From positions 62,001-126,000 of the forward strand of contig CBFFSA010000020.1 of NCBI GenBank assembly GCA_965644495.1: DNA of 64,000 bases, in the 5' to 3' direction. The notes under the pieces were generated by a model. It did no database searches. It was not told the DNA's origin and saw only the letters and a list, made by a program, of their open reading frames with translations. The position numbers and the translations under genes are program-made. This DNA is from Perkinsela sp. CCAP 1560/9. Its lineage: Eukaryota; Protista; Euglenozoa: Kinetoplastea. Positions 34,169 through 46,584 of this stretch are shown here, piece by piece (the stretch's first letter is position 1; every line of letters begins with the position of its first letter).

Positions 34169-34423
34169 AGTATTATAACAGTAGTTCTTTACTATAATTT
34201 AATCTATATAATCTGTATCTATCTATATATCATTATATATAATAAACCCCCGCTCACGAATAAGTGACCCCCCCCCTTATTTTTAGCACAGGGGGGCGTG
34301 GGTGGGTTATCATACCACTTTTTCGTTCAAAATTTCGAGATCTGTACGTTCCCGCTGTTTTTAGCTCATTTTAAAATTTAGTCAAAAATAATAATTGCTT
34401 TTTCAACATTTTTTTTCCCAAAA

Positions 34424-35110
34424 ATGACCAAATTACCATATCGGCTCCCAAAAGGGGAGCTTACGGATAGTGGCAAGGTTCTTTTGAAGATGAGACAGGG
34501 AGAAGGTGTTCCGATAAAACAATTATCCCGTGATTTTAACGTCTCTAGAAGAATAATCAAAAAATATCTGAACGAAAAGAAATGTAGCGGAGAATACACT
34601 CTGAGTCCTGTGACCATTAAAAAAATCGAATCTCGCAAAAAGAAAATTGAAAAGATATTGGCTCCTCTCGACCCCGCTGGGGTACCAAAATTCAATTCTT
34701 CAAGGCGTATAAAAGGCCAACTGTGTAGGTATACAAGTTTCTACAAGTAAGGTATACAAGTTTCGCAAAGCACTGTAAAGCGAGGTCTAGCATCGCTGGA
34801 TTACAATTATGCCGCTCGGCCAGTATGCCAAGGGCTTGCCGAGCGACAAAAGCAAAAAAGAGTTCAATTTGCTTTGAATTACTGTAATTCAAATGTAATT
34901 TACAAATTGGATACTGCCCGTGTTATTTTTACGGGCGAAAAGATATTTGATACCAACGATAGCAGAAGACACATGTGGGTAAAGCGCGGTCAAAAAGCAG
35001 CCCCGCGTCAAAAAGTACGTTGGGCACCAAGATGCCAAGTTTGGGGTGCTGTAGGGGTGGAGGTATTTGGTTATTCTACGAAATGACACATCTATTACAA
35101 GTGAGACGTA
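34424..35110 (+). pseudogene. Degenerate Tc1-like transposase, truncated near the pogo insertion
   Basis: HTH-like N-terminus; VIFTGEKIF...MWVKRG...QVWGAVG. Confidence 0.7.
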
Positions 35111-35410
35111 CATAGAAACATTAAACTTCTTTAACTCAAAAAGTGATCGACAAAATAGTAAACCGGGGGACGGAATAATATTAAGTTGCTGAAACTTAAT
35201 AATAACTTGACAACTTAATAATAACCTGTCAAACTTAATAATAACCTGTCAACGTTTTGAAACTTAATATTAACTTGTCGGCGGGTTATTATTAAGTTTG
35301 TAATAAAATTAACAAATTGTTTTTTTATGTATGCAATCTTTAACAATATTTTTTTTATCTGAATCTTTACCCGACTTCATAAACTTCATAAATCTTTCTT
35401 TTCTTTACCT

Positions 35411-36892
35411 TTATTCGGTGGAGCGTCGTGGGTTACACCATTTATCGAGCCGTCCTTGGAATGATTTTCGTGCCTGGACGCTTTTCCCACGCTTAAAGGC
35501 ATCTTCGATTCTCTTAGCTTCGTCTCTCTCATCGTCATCGCTTGGTGGAACAAAGACATATCCTTCTAAACATTTCACATGCGACCACGATGCATCACAA
35601 AGGTCGATATACCCCAAGCTTTTGAATTGTTGAACAACGTTCATAGAAGAGGAAAGGGTCCCTGATTCATCAAGAGAGTCGTTGTCGAGGTTTATAACTT
35701 GTTCGTGCGCTCGGGCAACGGCATTATGCATCCATTGTCTTTTTTGGCGGGCGGTCCGACGGATATGTTGTTCTCTGTGCCAAATGTTTACTTGCTCGCG
35801 TTTGTACGAAGAAGCATAAAATACATCAATCCATTGGATCCAGGATGTTGTTGCAGGGGGTAATATGGCACAATAGCAGTTAGCCACAGTGGCAAACGCA
35901 TCGAGAACGTCACTTGTTATGTGAGATCGGAAGGAGTCTAGATAAATTAAAGTGTGGCCTGCTTCATTTATATCCAGTTCACGTTTGAGAAAGGGAATAA
36001 AGTCTTGGAGAAAAAAATCTTTGTTCACGACACCTTTCGGAGTAAAAGCTCGAGCCGTCCTTGCATCAAATATCTCGTGACTAGATCCTTCTCCAGCTCC
36101 TTTCCACACGATAAAAGGTTTTAGAAAGAAATGATTCGTTGGACTTCCATTTTTATCCAGTTTCACGCCAGCACCGCAGATAAGCGTTGCGCATCGCTTC
36201 ATATCATTCGGATTGCAACGCCCTCGTACATCTTCTTCTCCTCGCTGTGCAATTGTTTTTAAAGATTTCATGGACCCGCGAAATGATATGGGAATTTCAT
36301 CAAAATTCAGAACGGAACGAAACTTTTTTGTTTTAAGACAACGATAGGCAAACGTATGAAAGGAATGAATTCTTTTCTCTATCTCTTCACTTGATAGCTG
36401 AGTTGATCTCTTTACTAATCTTATAGACCATTTGTAAGAGTGGAGGAATCTCCCTATCCAACGTTCGCTTACTCTTGTAATCCCCCGTGTTTTGTTCTGC
36501 TCTAGTGATTTGCGGTTTTCCTTTTTCAGCATGCGAAATGCCTCTTGGCGCACCATCTCGGTTGTTACCAAAGCATCGTTCTCTCGAGCTCCAAGAATAA
36601 AATAATGCAATTGTTGTTTTAACCATTTCAGTTTATGCCCCTTTACATGCCTTTTACGCTTTTGACTATGCCTAGGGATATTAGAGTATGCCATAACTTG
36701 CTTTTTGTTAAAAATGTGGACACGTTTCTTAGGGAATCGCTCGTCGATCCAAGAGTTTAACTTGCGGTGTGATCCATAAGCATCTCGATCTTGTTGCGAC
36801 CAGGAAATCCACTTCTCATATATTACACGCTTTTGTCTAGCCGTGGGTTCCACTCGACCGCGCACACCCTGGTCTATAGGACGCCCCGTATA
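35411..36892 (-). pseudogene. pogo-family transposase separated from its acidic N-terminus (38484-38849) by the Tc1 insertion
   Basis: LNFDEIP, LDSFRSH, IQWID; homologous to 20454-22220; the ATG in the ORF track comes from the Tc1 TIR. Confidence 0.85.
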
Positions 36893-38452
36893 CATGGGGG
36901 GTCACGAAAAGAGTGGGGGGTCTAAAATTTGTACCGTGCGAGCTTTTGACCTAATTCCTTCGGCATTCAACAGATCTCGAAATTTTAAGACTATGTGAGT
37001 TATAACTACTTAGGCATATAAAGTTAAGTGATAATGGTGAGTCGGCAAAAAACAGGTTTTTTTGTTTTTTGCATATTTGGATTTTCTCATTATTTCATTA
37101 TTGATCCCCCGTTTTTTTCTCGAAGAAGTCTGATTCGGGACGGGAAGCTCGTCAAAGTATTATTATACGATGCTTTCATATCAGATAATAGATAATCAAG
37201 CGCTTTTAGAATTGCAGCTTGTAGTTCCTTACGGTTTGTGGGGCGGAGAGTAAATTTTATGTGGTGATCCATCATGCTCCACAAATTTTCAATTAAATTT
37301 AAATCCGGCGACTTGGCAGGCCAATCAGGAATGCTGATACCCATGTCTCTGCCGACGCGGCGAGCGTGATTATGGCCCGGAGCGTTATCCATGATCACTG
37401 TTGCCGCTGGTTTACGCTTTAACCAGTTGTAGAAACCATTTCGTTTTGTCATGGCAGAGAGAAACGTTTCATTAGTGACCGTCTCATTCTCCGCAAACTC
37501 ATGAAAACAGTGAAGCTTGGGAACCCCCCATTCAAGGCTCACCGCCATCCAAATATGAACCCCCTTTCCTCCGAAATATTTCTCAACATCTTTTGGTACC
37601 TCAAGGGGTTCATCTGACCTTTTGCAAATGTATCAAATATTGCGTGAGTGGTACCCGCATTTAAAAATCTTTTCATCGGTCCACAGAATACGGGCGTATT
37701 GAAAAGGGGTGAACCTCTCCAAACGATTTGCCAACTCCAGGCGGTCGAATTTGTGCTGAGGCGTGAGATGAGGAACTTTCCTCATTTTTCTGCTTATGTA
37801 CCCGCTCCTTTTCAGTGATCTTTTCACAGACGAAAGAGAGCATGGGTACTTGGTTTGATCGATCGGGCGGTGAACCCACCTCCAAGATGGACAGCCAATG
37901 GGACTACGTTGATTTTCTTCATCTACAATAGATTCTAACATTATTCGAAACTCTTCATTATCAATCGCATTCTTACGTATGTATTTTATACGTTCTAACC
38001 CTCCTGTCTCCCGGTGGCGTTTAGCCCATCGAGAGACAGTTGCTTCACTGCATTTCATAAGAGCAGCAGTGTCTGTAATCGAACGTCCCTGGTTTTGTAC
38101 CTCATGGACGCAAATTACACGTGTTTCATAAGTGATTTGTTGCGTCGAGAGGGTGCGCCTCTGGCGGCGAAGTGTTTTCGGCATAAAAGATGTGTTAGAA
38201 AGAGTTAAGTGGTATTTTATTCATAGATTAATGGGCTAAAATGATAAAAAATGATAAAAATCCATTTTTTTGCAGAATTTTCAGGTAAAAAATTCAGTAA
38301 AATTTTATCATGACGTCATATCAGCTTCAGGGGCGGCAACAATGGTGCCAGTAGTCTTAAAATTTCGAGATCTGTTGAATGCCGAAGGAATTAGGTCAAA
38401 AGCTCGCACGGTACAAATTTTAGACCCCCCACCTTTTTCGTGACCCCCCCTG
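36893..38452 (-). mobile_element. Tc1-like transposon with ~100-bp TIRs
   Basis: TA|CA(T/G)GGGGGGTCACGAAAA...TTAAGACTA inverted at both ends; TA TSD at 36891-36892 and 38453-38454. Confidence 0.92.
37090..38184 (-). pseudogene. Tc1-like transposase with one in-frame TGA (37633-37635)
   Basis: WTDEK, MDNAPGH, WPAKSPDLNLIENLW in a single frame. Confidence 0.9.
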
Positions 38453-39324
38453 TATACTACGCAGTGTTGTTTTTTGCGCTCGTTCACTTGTCTTTCCCTC
38501 CAACAGTCAGCTCCGCTCCGTTATCTTTATCATCCGAAGTTGAATTACTCTTAATTTTACTTTCGCTCGCACTTTCAACATTATATCCTATTTCTTCGTC
38601 TGAATTCACACTTTCACATTCGCTTTCACAATTGCTTTCACTTTCGCTCTCGCTAGCACTTTCACTTTCTCCATCGCTTCCGCTACCAATTACGTCCGAC
38701 GAGTCATCAAGCATTTCTACCCCTTCATCATCCTCAAAGGAAATAATCTCATCGTTTTCCTGAACGTAGGTTGGGTCACACTCTGCCTGAGCCAATCTAT
38801 GAAGGGTCAAACTTTCGGCAAAAAATCTCCTTCTCCCATCGAAAAACACAAACTTAATAATAACTTGACAACTTAATAATGACTTGTCCAGCTTAATAAT
38901 AACCTGTCTAGCTTAATAATAACTTGTCTAACTTAATAATAAACCGCAACTTAATAATAAACCGCATCTTAATATTATTCCGTCCCCCGGTTTATATTAT
39001 TCAAATAACGCTATATTATTCAAATAGAGCCACCTAACACTATATTATTCAAATAACACTATATTATTCAAATTCCGATTTGAATAATATACCGTTCCCC
39101 GGGTTACAAAAAATAAGGGGGGGTGCCTTTTTCATGTCTAGGGGTTTAAGCGTTTATAAGCGAGGGGGGGTTACAAAAGATGACCATACTGTATGGAAGA
39201 AGGAGGTTTAAGGAGGAAGAATAACATTTTTTTGTTCCACTAAAGAGACTACGGTGACCCCCGGTTTACGTGATATGTCAAATTTTTTACAATTGCACTC
39301 TCTTGATTTCAGCTTATTTTTTTC

Positions 39325-39966
39325 ATGCCTTCGAACTCGCAAAAATGCACGCATCTTTTCGTTATACACGCTGTAGGTGCGTCGGACACAACTCCTTCCT
39401 ACCATCGTGGCCCTTCTAAAGTCCGTGGTGTTTCGATACCACAGGAATACAAATTGGCTCGATTGATTGATGACATTGAACATAATTTTCCGTCTTGGAA
39501 GGAGTCAACACCTGCTTGTAAGTGGGATGGGGTTAAATGCGATGAACAAAGTCAAATTATCCACTTGAAGTGGGGTGGCCGTGACTTAGAAGGACAACTG
39601 AATTGGATCTATATGCCTCTTCTATTGCAATCGTTAGAGTTATGGAGGAACCAACTTACGGGCGAGGTGCCATTTGATAGTTTACCCCCCACTTTGGAAA
39701 GCCTAGTACTCCATGACAACGAATTTAACGGCAACCCCAATTTTCTGCACTTGCCCCCTCCACTCAAAGCACTAAACATTCGGTACAATAGGTTTAAGGG
39801 CCTTGTAGCGTTTTTTTCTCTTCCATCTTCTTTGCGCCGCTTAGATTTGCGAGGAAATATTTATCTGGAAGGCACTCTGGATGTCAAAGGATTGCAGGAG
39901 CATCTATGTTATGATGTTCGAGATACACATATTACAGTGGACGATGAACCATTATATCGCATATGA
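39325..39966 (+). CDS. Leucine-rich repeat protein
   Basis: PSKVRGVSIPQEY..SW..TPACKWDGVKC cap; LPxxL..N.L.G repeats. Confidence 0.9.
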   Translation: MPSNSQKCTHLFVIHAVGASDTTPSYHRGPSKVRGVSIPQEYKLARLIDDIEHNFPSWKESTPACKWDGVKCDEQSQIIHLKWGGRDLEGQLNWIYMPLLLQSLELWRNQLTGEVPFDSLPPTLESLVLHDNEFNGNPNFLHLPPPLKALNIRYNRFKGLVAFFSLPSSLRRLDLRGNIYLEGTLDVKGLQEHLCYDVRDTHITVDDEPLYRI

Positions 39967-40552
39967 ACACCGTCAGAAGCGCAACAAAAGTTAAGAAAGT
40001 CCAAAACTGAAGTGTAACGCTAAGTTAGGAATATTCTCGTTCCGCCACAAAGATAAAACTACGTTAAAGCAATGTAAGCTTTGCATTAGTAAACAGAATT
40101 GTGTATAAAGTTTAATTACTACGAACGACTTAATGTACAGGGGGGGTATAGTAAAGTGTACCCTGTATATTAAGGGGGGGGGTATATTGGCTCACCGTTT
40201 ATACCGGGTGGGGGGTATAATGCGGGGGGGTGGGGGGTATATTTCTTCAAAATTTGCACCCCCCTATTTAATTGTCCTTTTCCCGAAAAGCGGTGACAAT
40301 TAAGTAGGGGGAGGGACAGTGCGTAAATTCTTATGTAAACAAAACTCTATGCTCAACTAAAGGGGATTCAAAATGCTTAAAAAACAGATTTTTTTTCTTC
40401 CGCAAGTACCAAAAAAATTAATCTTTCAAACTCAAAAAAATAATTTTTTGACTACTCCCCCTTTCATTTTTACTCCCCCTTTTCATAATTCTTTATAAAC
40501 CCTGTTCCGGGTTATTGTGCCCCCCCTGCACAATAACTGGCTCTAGGCACAT

Positions 40553-43500
40553 TCTTTTTTAGGCTCTTCGTTAAACGCGGTGGTTGTTTTCAACTTAGAA
40601 GTCACACATGCTGCGCTCTTCGCATTGAAAACTACCACCGCGTTTAACGAAGAGCCAAAAAAGGAAAATTGGCCTGGAAAGCTGAAGAAAACGGAAAGAT
40701 TATAGCCGAAAATAGCCGAATTTCGGGTAAAAATGGGGTCATTTTTGGGTATTTTTGCTCTCAAGACACTAAATCCGACATTTGCGAGTGGGAAATCACT
40801 CGTAGGTATGAATGAAAGCCTACCGCACGTATTGGGTATAGAATGCGACTCCAACCACACCATTCTATCGGCACAAAAAGGCCCCTTCGGGTCCGAAAAA
40901 TACTTTTTCACCATTTTTTAGTCAAAAATGGGTCATTTTGAGGGACGCACCACGGTTCGAAGAAGGGATACCTTGTGAAAACAACGGCCGAGAAACCTAG
41001 TATAGGTCCCAAACTATCAAAATACAATAGGGGAAACGATTTTGGAAAAATATTTTTTTTGCCATTTTTTTCGCCAAGTTGAAATTTTTTTAAAAACTTT
41101 TTTATCCGAAAAAATTCGAACTTGGCGGACCCGTCCTGCGGATACGCAGGGGGGCCAACCCCGGGTAGGCGGGTGGAAAATGCGCGTCAAGACCCCGGCT
41201 ACTCCTTCTGCGGTTTTTTTTCGAAAACTAATTTTTTCAAAAAAATTTGCTCGACCATGACCCCCCGGGACCCCCCCCCCCCATGGACCCCCCGGCGCCC
41301 GCAGATTGATAATGCATACTAAGCGGCACATTGATAATGCATATAGCACATTGATATTGCATATAGCACATTGATAATGCATATAGCACATTGACCTTCA
41401 GAATTTTATTTGACCTCCAGAGTTTCCCAACGTAAAACCAAACGCCTAGACACCGAGGCCCGGGAAACTATCGCAGTGCTCTATAATCAACAAGGCTTCT
41501 CGCAAGAAGAAATAGCAGAAAAACTGGGAGAAAGCCAGGCTACTGTGAGCCGGGAGCTCAAGCGAGGCGCACGTCTCGGCGAGTACAGTGCAAAGCGTGC
41601 GCAAGGGACGAGTGAAAAAGCCATGACAAAACGCAAGGGGAAGAAGCTTAAGATTTCCGGTTCAATGCGACATAAAGTTCTCTGAACTTTAAAATCTGAA
41701 CTTGGCGGACCCGTCCTGCGGATACGCGGGGGGGTCACCCCCGGGTAGGCGGGTGGAAAATGCGCGCCAAGACCCCGGCTACTCCTTCTGCGTTTTGTTT
41801 TCGAAAACTAATTTTTTCAAAAAAATTTGCTCGACCATGACCCCCCGGGACCCCCCCCCCATGGACCCCCCGGCGCCCGCAGATTGATAATGCATACTAA
41901 GCGGCACATTGATAATGCATATAGCACATTGACCTTCAGAATTTTATTTGACCTCCAGAGTTTCCCAACGTAAAACCAAACGCCTAGACACCGAGGCCCG
42001 GGAAACTATCGCAGTGCTCTATAATCAACAAGGCTTCTCGCAAGAAGAAATAGCAGAAAAACTGGGAGAAAGCCAGGCTACTGTGAGCCGGGAGCTCAAG
42101 CGAGGCGCACGTCTCGGCGAGTACAGTGCAAAGCGTGCGCAAGGGACGAGTTAAAAAGCCATGACAAAACGCAAGGGGAAGAAGCTTAAGATTTCCGGTT
42201 CAATGCGACATAAAGTTCTCTGAACTTTAAAATCTGAACTTGGCGGACCCGTCCTGCGGATACGCGGGGGGGTCACCCCCGGGTAGGCGGGTGGAAAATG
42301 CGCGCCAAGACCCCGGCTACTCCTTCTGCGTTTTGTTTTCGAAAACTAATTTTTTCAAAAAAATTTGCTCGACCATGACCCCCCGGGACCCCCCCCCCCC
42401 ATGGACCCCCCGGCGCCCGCAGATTGATAATGCATACTAAGCGGCACATTGATAATGCATATAGCACATTGATATTGCATATAGCACATTGATAATGCAT
42501 ATAGCACATTGACCTTCAGAATTTTATTTGACCTCCAGAGTTTCCCAACGTAAAACCAAACGCCTAGACACCGAGGCCCGGGAAACTATCGCAGTGCTCT
42601 ATAATCAACAAGGCTTCTCGCAAGAAGAAATAGCAGAAAAACTGGGAGAAAGCCAGGCTACTGTGAGCCGGGAGCTCAAGCGAGGCGCACGTCTCGGCGA
42701 GTACAGTACAAAGCGTGCGCAAGGGACGAGTGAAAAAGCCATGACAAAACGCAAGGGGAAGAAGCTTAAGATTTCCGGTTCAATGCGACATAAAGTTCTC
42801 TGAACTTTAAAATCTGAACTTGGCGGACCCGTCCTGCGGATACGCGGGGGGGTCACCCCCGGGTAGGTGGGTGGAAAATGCGCGCCAAGACCCCGGCTAC
42901 TCCTTCTGCGTTTTGTTTTCGAAAACTAATTTTTTCAAAAAAATTTGCTCGACCATGACCCCCCTGGACCCCCCCCCCCATAGACCCCCCGGCGCCCGCA
43001 GATTGATAATGCATATAGCACATTGATATTGCATATAGCACATTGATAATGCATATAGCACCTCGACCTTCAGAATTTTATTTGACCTCCAGAATGTCAG
43101 TTTCCCAACGTAAAACCAAACGCCTAGACACCGAGGCCCGGGAAACTATCGCAGTGCTCTATAATCAACAAGGCTTCTCGCAAGAAGAAATAGCAGAAAA
43201 ACTGGGAGAAAGCCAGGCTACTGTGAGCCGGGAGCTCAAGCGAGGCGCACGTCTCGGCGAGTACAGTGCAAAGCGTGCGCAAGGGACGAGTTAAAAAGCC
43301 ATGACAAAACGCAAGGGGAAGAAGCTTAAGATTTCCGGTTCAATGCGACATAAAGTTCTCTGAACTTTAAAATCTGAACTTGGCGGACCCGTCCTGCGGA
43401 TACGCGGGGGGGTCACCCCCGGGTAGGCGGGTGGAAAATGCGCGCCAAGACCCCGGCTACTCCTTCTGCGGTTTTTTTTCGAAAACTAATTTTTTCAAAA

Positions 43501-46500
43501 AAATTTGCTCGACCATGACCCCCCGGGACCCCCCCCCCCCCCATGGACCCCCCGGCGCCCGCAGATTGATAATGCATACTAAGCGGCACATTGATAATGC
43601 ATATAGCACATTGATATTGCATATAGCACATTGATAATGCATATAGCACATTGACCTTCAGAATTTTATTTGACCTCCAGAGTTTCCCAACGTAAAACCA
43701 AACGCCTAGACACCGAGGCCCGGGAAACTATCGCAGTGCTCTATAATCAACAAGGCTTCTCGCAAGAAGAAATAGCAGAAAAACTGGGAGAAAGCCAGGC
43801 TACTGTGAGCCGGGAGCTCAAGCGAGGCGCACGTCTCGGCGAGTACAGTACAAAGCGTGCGCAAGGGACGAGTGAAAAAGCCATGACAAAACGCAAGGGG
43901 AAGAAGCTTAAGATTTCCGGTTCAATGCGACATAAAGTTCTCTGAACTTTAAAATCTGAACTTGGCGGACCCGTCCTGCGGATACGCGGGGGGGTCACCC
44001 CCGGGTAGGTGGGTGGAAAATGCGCGCCAAGACCCCGGCTACTCCTTCTGCGGTTTTTTTTCGAAAACTAATTTTTTCAAAAAAATTTGCTCGACCATGA
44101 CCCCCCTGGACCCCCCCCCAATAGACCCCCCGGCGCCCGCAGATTGATAATGCATATAGCACATTGATATTGCATATAGCACATTGATAATGCATATAGC
44201 ACCTCGACCTTCAGAATTTTATTTGACCTCCAGAATGTCAGTTTCCCAACGTAAAACCAAACGCCTAGACACCGAGGCCCGGGAAACTATCGCAGTGCTC
44301 TATAATCAACAAGGCTTCTCGCAAGAAGAAATAGCAGAAAAACTGGGAGAAAGCCAGGCTACTGTGAGCCGGGAGCTCAAGCGAGGCGCACGTCTCGGCG
44401 AGTACAGTGCAAAGCGTGCGCAAGGGACGAGTGAAAAAGCCATGACAAAACGCAAGGGGAAGAAGCTTAAGATTTCCGGTTCAATGCGACATAAAGTTCT
44501 CTGAACTTTAAAATCTGAACTTGGCGGACCCGTCCTGCGGATACGCGGGGGGGTCACCCCCGGGTAGGCGGGTGGAAAATGCGCGCCAAGACCCCGGCTA
44601 CTCCTTCTGCGGTTTTTTTTCGAAAACTAATTTTTTCAAAAAAATTTGCTCGACCATGACCCCCCGGGACCCCCCCCCCCCATGGACCCCCCGGCGCCCG
44701 CAGATTGATAATGCATACTAAGCGGCACATTGATAATGCATATAGCACATTGATATTGCATATAGCACATTGATAATGCATATAGCACATTGACCTTCAG
44801 AATTTTATTTGACCTCCAGAGTTTCCCAACGTAAAACCAAACGCCTAGACACCGAGGCCCGGGAAACTATCGCAGTGCTCTATAATCAACAAGGCTTCTC
44901 GCAAGAAGAAATAGCAGAAAAACTGGGAGAAAGCCAGGCTACTGTGAGCCGGGAGCTCAAGCGAGGCGCACGTCTCGGCGAGTACAGTACAAAGCGTGCG
45001 CAAGGGACGAGTGAAAAAGCCATGACAAAACGCAAGGGGAAGAAGCTTAAGATTTCCGGTTCAATGCGACATAAAGTTCTCTGAACTTTAAAATCTGAAC
45101 TTGGCGGACCCGTCCTGCGGATACGCGGGGGGGTCACCCCCGGGTAGGTGGGTGGAAAATGCGCGCCAAGACCCCGGCTACTCCTTCTGCGGTTTTTTTT
45201 CGAAAACTAATTTTTTCAAAAAAATTTGCTCGACCATGACCCCCCTGGACCCCCCCCCAATAGACCCCCCGGCGCCCGCAGATTGATAATGCATATAGCA
45301 CATTGATATTGCATATAGCACATTGATAATGCATATAGCACCTCGACCTTCAGAATTTTATTTGACCTCCAGAATGTCAGTTTCCCAACGTAAAACCAAA
45401 CGCCTAGACACCGAGGCCCGGGAAACTATCGCAGTGCTCTATAATCAACAAGGCTTCTCGCAAGAAGAAATAGCAGAAAAACTGGGAGAAAGCCAGGCTA
45501 CTGTGAGCCGGGAGCTCAAGCGAGGCGCACGTCTCGGCGAGTACAGTGCAAAGCGTGCGCAAGGGACGAGTGAAAAAGCCATGACAAAACGCAAGGGGAA
45601 GAAGCTTAAGATTTCCGGTTCAATGCGACATAAAGTTCTCTGAACTTTAAAATCTGAACTTGGCGGACCCGTCCTGCGGATACGCGGGGGGGTCACCCCC
45701 GGGTAGGCGGGTGGAAAATGCGCGCCAAGACCCCGGCTACTCCTTCTGCGGTTTTTTTTCGAAAACTAATTTTTTCAAAAAAATTTGCTCGACCATGACC
45801 CCCCGGGACCCCCCCCCCCATGGACCCCCCGGCGCCCGCAGATTGATAATGCATACTAAGCGGCACATTGATAATGCATATAGCACATTGATATTGCATA
45901 TAGCATATTGATAATGCATATAGCACATTGACCTTAAGAATTTTATTTGACCTCCAGAATGTCAGTTTCCCAACGTAAAACCAAACGCCTAGACACCGAG
46001 GCCCGGGAAACTATCGCAGTGCTCTATAATCAACAAGGCTTCTCGCAAGAAGAAATAGCAGAAAAACTGGGAGAAAGCCAGGCTACTGTGAGCCGGGAGC
46101 TCAAGCGAGGCGCACGTCTCGGCGGGTACAGTACAAAGCGTGCGCAAGGGACGAGTGAAAAAGCCATGACAAAACGCAAGGGGAAGAAGCTTAAGATTTC
46201 CGGTTCAATGCGACATAAAGTTCTCTGAACTTTAAAATCTGAACTTGGCGGACCCGTCCTGCGGATACGCGGGGGGGTCACCCCCGGGTAGGCGGGTGGA
46301 AAATGCGCGTCAAGACCCCGGCTACCCCTTCTGCGTTTTTTTTTCGAAAACTAATTTTTTCGAAAAAATTTGCTCGACCATGACCCCCCTGGACCCCCCC
46401 CTGGACCCCCTCCTGGACCCCATTTTTTTCAATTTTTTTTTTCAATTTTGGACCACCGGTTGGAGCCCCCTTTTATATTTTTTTCATTTATTATATTACT

Positions 46501-46584
46501 GTGTTCCTCTTTATAGTTTCACTGTTTTTGTACCCTTTTTTTTCAATAACCGAGGGTAGAGCAGTAGTTTTACAACCACCGCAA
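40553..46584 (-). mobile_element. Repeat X copy expanded internally by the IS30-end array
   Basis: Palindrome end at 40553-40665; small-hairpin end TTTTACAACCACCGCAA at ~46567-46584. Confidence 0.75.
41118..46418 (+). repeat. 9-copy tandem array (~540-590 bp): X segment + IS30 IR + 20-bp repeats + truncated IS30 HTH ORF
   Basis: Units registered at 41410, 41948, 42528, 43081, 43670, 44222, 44809, 45361, 45947; alternating variants give a ~1.14-kb dimer. Confidence 0.95.

Larger units (their letters stand above)
35161..38992 (-). mobile_element. pogo-type transposon interrupted by a Tc1 element
   Basis: 25-bp TIR AACCGGGGGACGGAATAATATTAAG, TA flanks, subterminal ACTTAATAATAAC repeats. Confidence 0.9.

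Noticed and set aside
10616-37635. Stop-codon reassignment suggested by single in-frame stops in three TE ORFs (TAA 10616, TAA 26636, TGA 37633)
   Set aside because: The TAA at 10616 aligns to Tyr, and long host and TE ORFs have no internal stops and end with TAA, TAG or TGA; simple nonsense mutations suffice
39004-39020. AATAACGCTATATTATT resembling the SL 5' end
   Set aside because: Lacks CAGTTTCTGTACT and the GT donor; part of TATATTATTCAAAT subterminal repeats of a transposon end
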